Assembly: GCA_018660835.1 (NCBI GenBank)
Contig: JABJJN010000054.1
Location: 36,877 to 100,876, forward strand
Source: Gemmatimonadota bacterium
Lineage (GTDB): Bacteria; Latescibacterota; UBA2968; UBA8231
Direction of reading: 5' to 3'
Length of the DNA: 64,000 nucleotides
In this document: positions 55,402 to 63,225 of the stretch, in pieces
How the letters are laid out: every line of letters starts with the position of its first letter
How positions within the stretch are numbered: position 1 is the first letter of the stretch
Notes under the pieces: model-generated
What the model was told of the DNA's origin: nothing
What the model saw: the letters and a program-made list of their open reading frames with translations, nothing else
Database searches by the model: none
Translations under genes and position numbers: made by a program

Positions 55402-57354
55402 CTAGCGTACCAGGACCAGTTTGCGGGTCTGGATTCCCGTCGTCGTCCGGAGGCGATACAGATAGGTACCTGAGGCCAGCATCATTCCGCGATCATCACG
55501 CCCGTCCCATGTCAACGAATAGGTGCCTGCCTCTCTGTATCCGCTAACGAGTGTCGCTACACGTTGGCCGACCAGATTATTGACCACCAGATCCACTTCC
55601 TGTCCCCTCGGCAGGACGAATCGGATCACCGTCTCGGGGTTGAAAGGGTTCGGGTAGTTCTGGGACAATTGCGGCGCCACCGGGATTGCCGCACTGTAGT
55701 GTTCGAGAACAGCCGTTGAGTTCAGGTCCCCTCGCGTCCCGACCAATCGAACATCATCGATGTAGAAAGAACCGCGCAGCCGACCGGTGAAGCGAAGACT
55801 CGTGAGGTCGTCGAAGATCGCATTCGACCCGAGGGGAATGATGATGTTCTGCCAAGCCCTTTGATCCGGATCGATCCCACTGCCCTCCGGAATGGGTTGC
55901 AGCAGGTCAACGGCCCCTGGTCGGAATCCGTTGATCTCGACATTGTAGTCAGTCGTCTCCGTTGGCTCGGTGTCTCCTGGATGGAAGGCAAACCGCAAAG
56001 ACTCGTATCCTGCCATGGGGACCGGCTCCGGACAGTCCAGATGGACGTAGCCGGAAGTCTGCGTCGCCACCATCGACATGGACACTTCGCCTTCATAAAC
56101 CTCGGTTGTGCCAGCCACATCGACCGTCGTCCACAGTCCTCTGGCTTCCCAACCATCAGCCAATCCGTCGCCGTATAGCTGGTAGTCTTGCTCAGGCGCA
56201 ACGGTCGGATACACGAAGAACGTGCTGATCCGTCGCTGATCGTCCTCCAACTCGACGCGCATCTTCCGGAGTCCCTCGCCGGTCTCAACAGGCATTGAGA
56301 ACCAACCTGAAAACTGCCCGTCTCCGGCTACCCGGTCCGGATCCGTACCGTCGTCTGTCAAGTCGATGGCCTGCGGATCGATTTCGTCTTCCAGGCGAGC
56401 CGTGACGTGACGGATTGTACCATTCTCATCACCTGACCGGGTTGAAGCTGTCACCACGATCTCGGAACCCCGCCCGTGGGTCACGATGGCCGGCGTCAGC
56501 GTGACATGGTCGATGTAGAGGGGAGATCTCGGCCTGCGGCGACGTTGCGCCAATAGCCACTCGATCACATCAGGGTCGCCATGAATCGGCTCATCCGTGT
56601 CGTAGCCATGCCCACGATCTGGGACGAGGGTGAGCCTGGCATTGCCACCGATCTGCTGCTGTGCTGCGATCATGTCAAGCGACCCTCGGAGTTTCTCGGC
56701 TGCTCCGGTGGAACCAGGAATCGGTCTTCCCGTGGGTGGCACCTGTCCATCGGCCGCACCATGAAAAGCCCAGATGGGCAGGTCTCGGAATTGGGTCACC
56801 GTCGCTGGATCACCACCGCCGGCGTCAAGGAGCACCGCCGAGAACCGCTCAGGCTCGACGGTTGCCCAGTGCCAGGCGGTAAAAGCGCCCATACTGAGAC
56901 CCGTCAGTGCCACACGGTCCACATCGACAGCGTATGACTCAATGACCTGATCCAGCAGGCCGGAGAAGAGAGACCGATATCGCATCTGCTCTTCGCGCCA
57001 CGTCTCCTTGTTCAGAGTGTAGTTGGTGGTCGCCTGAGGAGAGAGTAGGATGAATGGGTAGCCAGGCTCCTCATCGACGATGGCCGGGGGGCCGTACGCT
57101 CTGAGGATCTCCGGTCGATCGCCGACCAGATCAGATCCATGGAGATAGATGAGAATCGGCCATCTCTTGTCAGGATTCTGACCATAGGTCTCAGGCAGAA
57201 ACAGCAGATAGTTGACCATCGATCCGGCCACGTCGGCACGATAGGCGTGCTGGCCGACACGTGGCGTCTCCTGTGCGGCGACGGACGTCGCTCCGCCTAG
57301 AAACAGTCCTGACAGGAGAGACAATACGGTCATGGATCTGAATCTTGAGCACAT
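55402..57354 (-). CDS. Secreted alpha/beta-hydrolase (esterase) with T9SS C-terminal sorting domain
   Basis: The start at ATG 57354 (or 57333) gives the signal peptide MTVLSLLSGLFLGGATSVAAQ. LIYLHGS and the nucleophile elbow LTGLSMGAF are present. The C-terminus is YPNPFNPETVIRF...GTYLYRLRTTTGIQTRKLVLVR. The upstream 114 codons of the track ORF look non-coding. Confidence 0.8.
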   Translation of the reverse strand: MCSRFRSMTVLSLLSGLFLGGATSVAAQETPRVGQHAYRADVAGSMVNYLLFLPETYGQNPDKRWPILIYLHGSDLVGDRPEILRAYGPPAIVDEEPGYPFILLSPQATTNYTLNKETWREEQMRYRSLFSGLLDQVIESYAVDVDRVALTGLSMGAFTAWHWATVEPERFSAVLLDAGGGDPATVTQFRDLPIWAFHGAADGQVPPTGRPIPGSTGAAEKLRGSLDMIAAQQQIGGNARLTLVPDRGHGYDTDEPIHGDPDVIEWLLAQRRRRPRSPLYIDHVTLTPAIVTHGRGSEIVVTASTRSGDENGTIRHVTARLEDEIDPQAIDLTDDGTDPDRVAGDGQFSGWFSMPVETGEGLRKMRVELEDDQRRISTFFVYPTVAPEQDYQLYGDGLADGWEARGLWTTVDVAGTTEVYEGEVSMSMVATQTSGYVHLDCPEPVPMAGYESLRFAFHPGDTEPTETTDYNVEINGFRPGAVDLLQPIPEGSGIDPDQRAWQNIIIPLGSNAIFDDLTSLRFTGRLRGSFYIDDVRLVGTRGDLNSTAVLEHYSAAIPVAPQLSQNYPNPFNPETVIRFVLPRGQEVDLVVNNLVGQRVATLVSGYREAGTYSLTWDGRDDRGMMLASGTYLYRLRTTTGIQTRKLVLVR

Positions 57355-57893
57355 GGCTCTCACTACGCCTTTCTTGGGCTTGCTTTCGGCTACGATGGTG
57401 GTCGAACTCGATCTGCTCGGTGTGTAGTCCCGGCAAGCATCCGCCGGCATGCAAGTCCGCTGAGTGTTGGATGGGATCGCCCATGTGAGGATAAACCTCA
57501 GTTCCAGGAGATCTGGCAACTGTGCCGTCGTTGCCGCGCCTGGTGATGTTCGAGTTGATTGGGTGTCATCGAGCCGGGGCGGGGACCGCACCGCTACCAC
57601 ACGGACTACTCGCGTGTGATGTGTCGCGTCTTCACACGATCTGGCCACTTCCCGTGGCTGGTCGTGGGGTCCAGATAAGGCCTTCTGTGCGCTCATCGAA
57701 GTCGAGCATACGGCCTTCTATCCCGCCAGTGTCGTGCCCGGCATCGGCTTCTCACCAGGCGAAGATGCTAAAGGGTCGCCCTCCGCCAATGGCGATGCAC
57801 AGCGCTTCCGGCTCGGGCTGAATCACAGCCTCAATCTCGTCAACAAGCCACGCTGCCCTGTCCACAGTTCTTACCGCGATGGCGCCACTCCTG

Positions 57894-59150
57894 TCAGTCG
57901 AATACCGGTCCATGTTCGGCAGCCCGGGTCTGCAATTCGTCCCAGTCCTTCGAGCCATCATCGTCCACGTATTCGAGACGGGCCCCAGCTTCGTGAATGG
58001 GCATGTTGCCATTCAGGGCATCCGTCCAGCACTGCTGGATGTTGGCATAGTAACGGCGGCGATCATCGGGCCATACCAGGGCCAGCAGCAGACGCAGGGG
58101 TGGGTGTTCGTACGGCGGCTCCATGCGCAGACGCGTCAGGGCCTCCTCGTCCACGTCGATCCCGAGACCGGGGCCTTCCGGCGTCTGCGCATACCCACCT
58201 TTGATCGTCAGCGGCGTCGCCAGCAGATCCTCTTCGTAGATATTCATGCAGTTCACCGCCGGCCACTGGGCGTGACTGAGGACAGACCCGAGTTGCAGTG
58301 ACAGAGCTGTCGTGATGCCCGTGCCGACGATCTGCAGGAAGAACGGTTTGTCGAAGGCTGCAGCCTGAATGCCCTGCTTCAGAACACCGCCGACGCCGCC
58401 ACCGACGACGAACCCGTCACAGACTTCGTCGCGTACCACCGTTGGAAAGGGTGGGTTGCCGAAGTGGTGGGCGATGGGTCTGGAGATCTTGCTGCGCAGC
58501 TGACGATTGCCCTCGACGTCGCCCTGAGGAATCGGCGACTCGTAGATGTCGACGATCGGATACTCGTCCAGCCGCTGCAGCACTGGTGTGGCCCGGCTGG
58601 CGTTGACGAGCATCTGGTTCCAGTCGATGTCGAGGTGGTAGTAGTCCGGCGTGGCATCGCGGACGGCCTCGACCTGAGCGTAGATGTCCCACCATGGGCG
58701 GCCCTTGATCTTGTGCGACGTGTAGCCACGGGACACTGCCTCGGCTGCTTCGGCGGCGAAATCCTCCGGTGACATGTCAACATTCCACCAGGAGATCGGG
58801 CACCACTGCCGCACGCTGGGTTGGTGGAAGAGCCGGTGGGCTGGCGCCTCGAAGGCCTTGCCGACCAGGTCGTAGATGGCCATTTGCAGACCGGCCCCGA
58901 GCGAGTCGTCACCGAGGAAGTCCACGGCATTGGCCCCTGTCACCCGGGCGATGGCCTCATCCGTGACCTTGCCCCATGTATAGTGGAGCATCGTCTCACC
59001 GTAGCCGACGATATCGGCTACGTCCGTGGTGACCCGTACAACTTCACTGATATCCCATTGGTATTGTTCGCGGGCACACCACACCTTGCAGCGAGGAGTG
59101 AATGGCACGTGGACGGTGATCCTCTCGACATCCTTGATCGTGATCTTCAT
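57894..59150 (-). CDS. Enolase-superfamily (mandelate racemase/muconate lactonising family) enzyme
   Basis: [25 protein letters not shown] and GFVVGGG give a spacing of metal and acid-base residues typical of MR/MLE members. Confidence 0.8.
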   Translation of the reverse strand: MKITIKDVERITVHVPFTPRCKVWCAREQYQWDISEVVRVTTDVADIVGYGETMLHYTWGKVTDEAIARVTGANAVDFLGDDSLGAGLQMAIYDLVGKAFEAPAHRLFHQPSVRQWCPISWWNVDMSPEDFAAEAAEAVSRGYTSHKIKGRPWWDIYAQVEAVRDATPDYYHLDIDWNQMLVNASRATPVLQRLDEYPIVDIYESPIPQGDVEGNRQLRSKISRPIAHHFGNPPFPTVVRDEVCDGFVVGGGVGGVLKQGIQAAAFDKPFFLQIVGTGITTALSLQLGSVLSHAQWPAVNCMNIYEEDLLATPLTIKGGYAQTPEGPGLGIDVDEEALTRLRMEPPYEHPPLRLLLALVWPDDRRRYYANIQQCWTDALNGNMPIHEAGARLEYVDDDGSKDWDELQTRAAEHGPVFD

Positions 59151-59341
59151 CTATCGTTCCCTGCTCATGTGAAGACGATGTGGTGGCGTGCATGTTGTAC
59201 TCACATTTACAGGAATATTCAAGTCGTCCAGGGTGGCGGATCCCGTCGATGACACAGCGAGACCCGTATCGCCATCGATTGTGTTGAGTACGATCTGTGA
59301 GAGATCGAGGCTGAACTGGTCAGACGCGCCGGAAATAGTCG

Positions 59342-60895
59342 CTACAGCACTGCTTCGGTACGGGTTGAGGCGTAACCCGCGAAGTCGATGCCGGTAAGGT
59401 CGGCCATTTCCTTCTTCCACGTCGTGATGTCGTTCTGGCTGAACTGGCTGAGATGGTTGTGTCCACACGCGCGGGCGAGGACCTGGAGCAACTGTGTGGA
59501 AGCGTTCAGGTAGTTCTCCAGCCGCTTGGCGCCGATAGCCACATCAAGGCGTGCGCGGAGTTCAGGCTTCTGCGTGGCGACGCCGGCTGGACAGTTGTTG
59601 GTGTTGCACATCCTTGCTCCCACACACCCGACTGCCTGCATGGCTGAGTTGGCCAGCGCAACCCCGTCGGCACCGAGTGCAAGTGCTTTGGCGAAATCAG
59701 GCGGCATTCGGAGTCCGCCCGTGATGATGAGGGTGACATCGTGTGCTTTGCGCAGATCGAGGTAGTGGCGGGCTCTCGCAAGGGCCGGGATTGTCGGGAC
59801 CGAGATGTGATCACGGAAAATCAGTGGGGCGGCGCCCGTGCCGCCACCGCGTCCGTCCAGAATGATGTAGTCCACGCCAACCTGCAAGGCGAACTCGATG
59901 TCGTCTTCGATATGGTTTGCCGAGAGCTTCATGCCGATCGGAATCCCACCGGTGATGTCCCGAACCCGATCAGAGAATCGGGCGAAGTCTTCGACCGTCG
60001 AGAGATCCGAGAAGGTGGGCGGCGACACCGCTGCCTGACCTTCGTCTAATCCACGCACCTGAGCGATCTTACCCATCACCTTGTTCCCCGGTAGATGTCC
60101 TCCTGTACCGGTCTTTGCCCCCTGGCCGCCCTTGAAGTGGAATGCCTGCACCCGTGTGAGGAGGTCTTCCTGGTAGCCGAATTTCGCTGAAGCAAGCTCA
60201 TAGAAATAGCGGCTGTTCGCTTCCTGTTCCTCCGGCAGCATCCCGCCCTCGCCTGAGCAAATGCCGGTTCCTGCCATCTCCGCTCCCCTGGCGAGCGAGA
60301 GCTTTGCCTCTTCGGATAATGCCCCGAAGCTCATGTCCGAGACAAAGAGCGGGATCGCGAGTGTCATCGGTTTCTTAGCTCTGGGACCGATGACGAGTTC
60401 GGTGCCAACTTCTGCCTCGTCCATCAGAGGTTTGTGCGCAAATTGAGCCGTCAGAATCTGGAGATCATCCCACGTGGGCAGTTCGTTCCGAGGCACTCCC
60501 ATGGCGCCCATCTGACCGTGATGGCCGACTTTTGACAGTCCGTCCCGGGCAAGATCGTGGATGGCTTTGACGTGCGGCTCTTCTGGTGTGGGTCTGGCAA
60601 CGGGCATCCCGTCTGAAGGTTCATCTGCTGTTGTGTCGGCCTCTATGGCGGTGTCTGGCAGGCTGGCGTGTGAGCCATCGCAGTACGGTGGATTCTGCGT
60701 GTGTTTGCACATGCAGAGATGGGCCGTTTCACCTTTGCTTCCCTCGAACGCAACGGGTGTGAATTCCGAGCCGGCGTGGGATCCGTCACAGTAAGGTTGG
60801 TTGTTGGATTTTCCGCACGCACACCAGTAAAGCTCCTCTGTCGCCTCGAACTCAACTTCTACAGGCTTTACATCAGCGATCTGTGGCTCGGGCAT
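59342..60895 (-). CDS. Glutamate-synthase-domain-2-like FMN oxidoreductase with two N-terminal CDGSH iron-sulfur motifs
   Basis: There are two zf-CDGSH motifs (CACGKSNNQPYCDGSHAG and CMCKHTQNPPYCDGSHAS). The GltB FMN-domain pattern follows (FHFKGGQGAKTGTGGHLPG, ILDGRGGGTGAAP, GGLRMPPDFAKALALGADGV). Confidence 0.85.
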   Translation of the reverse strand: MPEPQIADVKPVEVEFEATEELYWCACGKSNNQPYCDGSHAGSEFTPVAFEGSKGETAHLCMCKHTQNPPYCDGSHASLPDTAIEADTTADEPSDGMPVARPTPEEPHVKAIHDLARDGLSKVGHHGQMGAMGVPRNELPTWDDLQILTAQFAHKPLMDEAEVGTELVIGPRAKKPMTLAIPLFVSDMSFGALSEEAKLSLARGAEMAGTGICSGEGGMLPEEQEANSRYFYELASAKFGYQEDLLTRVQAFHFKGGQGAKTGTGGHLPGNKVMGKIAQVRGLDEGQAAVSPPTFSDLSTVEDFARFSDRVRDITGGIPIGMKLSANHIEDDIEFALQVGVDYIILDGRGGGTGAAPLIFRDHISVPTIPALARARHYLDLRKAHDVTLIITGGLRMPPDFAKALALGADGVALANSAMQAVGCVGARMCNTNNCPAGVATQKPELRARLDVAIGAKRLENYLNASTQLLQVLARACGHNHLSQFSQNDITTWKKEMADLTGIDFAGYASTRTEAVL

Positions 60896-60996
60896 TGTCT
60901 CTCTCGATTATTTGGTGAGCGGATTTTCGGGAGTCAGTCCAGCGTGACGAGATCCTGTCGCGCGGCAGCGGTACGTCAGTCGAGATGGTACGTCTC

Positions 60997-61671
60997 TCAC
61001 TGCTTGCCGGAGGCTCTACCAGTGATGCGTTTGAACCATCCCCAGCCAGTGCGACGAACTGCTGTTGAGTCAGCGGGTTCCATGCTCAGACCTCGCGCCT
61101 GGTAGTAGGAGATCTGAGCGATGAGCCAAACCGTCTCGAGTTCCTCAGGGTTCCGCGCACCGTAGATCATGACATAGGTCGAGGTTTCTCCGGAGATCGT
61201 GTCATCAATCGGGTGGATGACCCCCCAACCTTTCTCCAGGGCAATGGTCGAGAACTCCGATGGCAGCAACAGATGCATGCTGCCATCTTCTACCCTGTGC
61301 TGATGGCCAAACTCCAGCGTACCGCGGATAAACCCTTCATCCGGTCCCTCCGCGAAATCCGGATCCAGTCTCCATCCCAAGGATCCCGCAAGGGAGAACG
61401 GTGTGGGGGCAAACTTGATGCCCGGCAAAGGGATGGCCGACGCCGTCAACGCCTGGACCATTGCCAACGGGGCATTCTGGTTCAGTTGCTGGTGCGGTAC
61501 ACCATCCGGCGTTGCAGGTGCGGGGCCTTCTCTCTCCGGGGCGGCGTTGAGGGCAGCCGAGATTTCAGCCGCGGGCGTAATCGGCAGAGAGTTCTCAGAT
61601 GTCTGTGTCCGGCCCTCTGTGCACAAGACCAACAAACAAGCCAGCGCAGCAATACACATTCGCAGGGTCAT
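60997..61671 (-). CDS. Secreted protein with a 'luciferase-domain'-like C-terminal module (tentative)
   Basis: Signal peptide present. LEFGHQHRVEDGSMHLLLPSEFSTIALEKGWGVIHP...YVMIYGARNPEELETVWLI resembles the E.GH.H..DGS.HL.L......GWG..HP...V.IY.PR...E motif of a family I recall from fungi and bacteria. This is from memory only. Confidence 0.45.
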   Translation of the reverse strand: MTLRMCIAALACLLVLCTEGRTQTSENSLPITPAAEISAALNAAPEREGPAPATPDGVPHQQLNQNAPLAMVQALTASAIPLPGIKFAPTPFSLAGSLGWRLDPDFAEGPDEGFIRGTLEFGHQHRVEDGSMHLLLPSEFSTIALEKGWGVIHPIDDTISGETSTYVMIYGARNPEELETVWLIAQISYYQARGLSMEPADSTAVRRTGWGWFKRITGRASGKQ

Positions 61672-61745
61672 CTATGTATGCAACCTCCTGTTGCCCGGCA
61701 ATCGAGCGTGTCTCTTGCGATGAGATGGAATTCGTTTCAGATTAC

Positions 61746-61780
61746 AGATACAATGTGTATCTTAAGCTACAGATTGTAGC
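61746..61780. promoter_or_regulatory. Two adjacent palindromes in the TetR divergent intergenic region (candidate operators)
   Basis: AGATACA-ATG-TGTATCT (61746-61762) is a perfect 7-3-7 palindrome. GCTACA-GAT-TGTAGC (61766-61780) is a perfect 6-3-6 palindrome. Both lie within 45 nt of the TetR start codon 61791. ACAGAT recurs three times. Confidence 0.55.
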
Positions 61781-61790
61781 GATCGAGTCA

Positions 61791-62378
61791 ATGGGAGAAA
61801 GCCGGGTGAGTGCTGAAAATGCGCGTACGGCACGCGTTCGCCAGATTGTCATCGACACTGCCATGGAGTTACTCGTAAGAGAAGGTGGCCGCGCCGTCAC
61901 GGCAGTTCGCATCGCCGAGGAAACAGGCGTTGCGCGCACGACAATCTACCGTCATTGGCCTGATGCACCGGCGTTGCTGCTGGACGCGATCGACCAGATG
62001 GTGAGACCCCACGTCGCGACCACGACCAGCGACGATATCGAAAACGATCTGCGTGTGGCTCTCACCCATCTCGAGATGAGGATGAGGAAGAGGCGGTTCA
62101 GATTTGTTTTCACAGCGATCCTCGACCAGGCCAATCAAGACCCCAGAATCGTGCCTGCCCAACGCCGCTTCGTCAACGGCGTGCTCCAACCCATTCGGGA
62201 TGTCCTTACCGCCGGCCTGCAGCGAGGTCTGCTGCCTTCCACCATCGACATCGAGACGGCAAGTGCGCAACTGGCCGGTCCGCTTTTTCACCAGCACGTC
62301 ATGCTCCGATCAGCCATCAGCGAGGATCTAATCAGCGGCACGATTTCTCAGTTCCTCTGCCGATCTGTTGACGACTGA
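61791..62378 (+). CDS. TetR/AcrR-family transcriptional regulator
   Basis: The HTH reads VTAVRIAEETGVARTTIYRHWPD. The internal ATG 61791 is chosen because the track ORF upstream overlaps the divergent gene. Confidence 0.85.
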   Translation: MGESRVSAENARTARVRQIVIDTAMELLVREGGRAVTAVRIAEETGVARTTIYRHWPDAPALLLDAIDQMVRPHVATTTSDDIENDLRVALTHLEMRMRKRRFRFVFTAILDQANQDPRIVPAQRRFVNGVLQPIRDVLTAGLQRGLLPSTIDIETASAQLAGPLFHQHVMLRSAISEDLISGTISQFLCRSVDD

Positions 62379-62387
62379 ATTGCAGGG

Positions 62388-62564
62388 TCACGGCAGATAG
62401 CGGCTTGCCAACCTCTGCTTGAGCAATTGGCCATTCAGATACGTTCCGTCCTTCAGTTTCCGTGACGGGTCATTGGATGCAGCGAGGTATTTGATGTCAG
62501 CCAGGTATCTGCCATAGGTGTCTGTGCGTCGGGCGTTGATGATCACGCAGGGGGATTTTGCCAC
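62388..62564 (-). pseudogene. C-terminal fragment of a thermonuclease (SNase)-like gene (tentative remnant)
   Basis: My own reverse translation gives VAKSPCVIINARRTDTYGRYLADIKYLAASNDPSRKLKDGTYLNGQLLKQRLASRYLP*. This matches the SNase C-terminal pattern V......D.YGR.LA.........LN..L...GLA. Upstream, a different frame reads PGRWFGAEAP (compare pfG.eA). There is no intact N-terminal part. Confidence 0.3.
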
Positions 62565-62859
62565 GAGTCATTCACGTGGCTCTTCTCCAGACAAGGCCCA
62601 CCGAGGAATCCGGCCTGGAACCCGTGCCGGCTGGCGCAGTTCGTGATTCGGGCCGGACATCGGCTGCTAGAGGTTAAGGCGCCTCGGCGCCAAACCAACG
62701 ACCCGGCAGGAGCGAGGATCTCCTCGTAGTGGTCGTCGAAGAGGTTGGTTCGGCGGACGGCCGACCGTGTCGGCAGCCGCTGACAATACGGGATTCCTTC
62801 CATGTAGATCTTGGCCTCGAAACTGGTGCATTCTGCGTCCCGAATGAGCACATGTCATC

Positions 62860-62889
62860 TTGACATATCTTCAGTCTTTCCAGTATATT
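62860..62889 (+). promoter_or_regulatory. Near-consensus sigma70-type promoter
   Basis: TTGACA (62860-62865), an 18-nt spacer, then TATATT (62884-62889). It sits in an otherwise ORF-poor region upstream of the small ORF at 62914 and the glycosyltransferase-like ORF at 63226. Confidence 0.4.
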
Positions 62890-62913
62890 GGCGCGTGATT
62901 TGTCCCCCCCCAA

Positions 62914-63177
62914 ATGGACACCGAATCACCCTCTCTTCGGGCTGCCTATTTTCGCCTAGTTACCACGCCCGCGTCCTCAATAGTTGTACCCCATCTGAAG
63001 CACTCCAAGCACCCTTTAGCTGGCGGCACCGGCACTGGGCATCGCCTGCAGTTCTGCGATACCACCTGTCGTCAGGCTTGGTGGCTTCGGACCGAGGAAT
63101 CGTGCTCGTCGCTGCCGAGGTGGAATTGGCAGATCCAGGCCCGGGAGGCCCGTTACCGCGATGAATGTCGCTGTTAG
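62914..63177 (+). CDS. Small Cys-containing hypothetical protein (uncertain)
   Basis: 87 aa. HRLQFCDTTCRQAWWLRTEE resembles the (Y/F)CS..CRQ.A(Y/W)R.R half-zinc-ribbon motif common in small actinobacterial and phage proteins, and the protein ends in DECRC. There is no SD; a C8 tract precedes the ATG. Confidence 0.3.
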   Translation: MDTESPSLRAAYFRLVTTPASSIVVPHLKHSKHPLAGGTGTGHRLQFCDTTCRQAWWLRTEESCSSLPRWNWQIQAREARYRDECRC

Positions 63178-63225
63178 AGATGCATCCTACGTGCTGTTTC
63201 AGGTGACGCGCTGAAGAGGTGAGTC

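Noticed and set aside
57640-57893. Possible small selenoprotein gene on the minus strand (coding-like frame ...[40 protein letters not shown]...).
   Set aside because: I could not fold a SECIS-like hairpin in the 40 nt after the TGA. There is no recognisable family, no clear start codon or RBS, and no redox motif around the TGA. It is more likely a decayed remnant or chance ORF in GC-rich DNA.
62890-63225. Known riboswitch (cobalamin, TPP, SAM, ykkC and others) in the long leader.
   Set aside because: I saw no conserved core motifs (for example the B12 box or the CUGAGA of TPP). I found only short 4-5 bp local stems. It stays in the findings as an unexplained leader, not as a called riboswitch.
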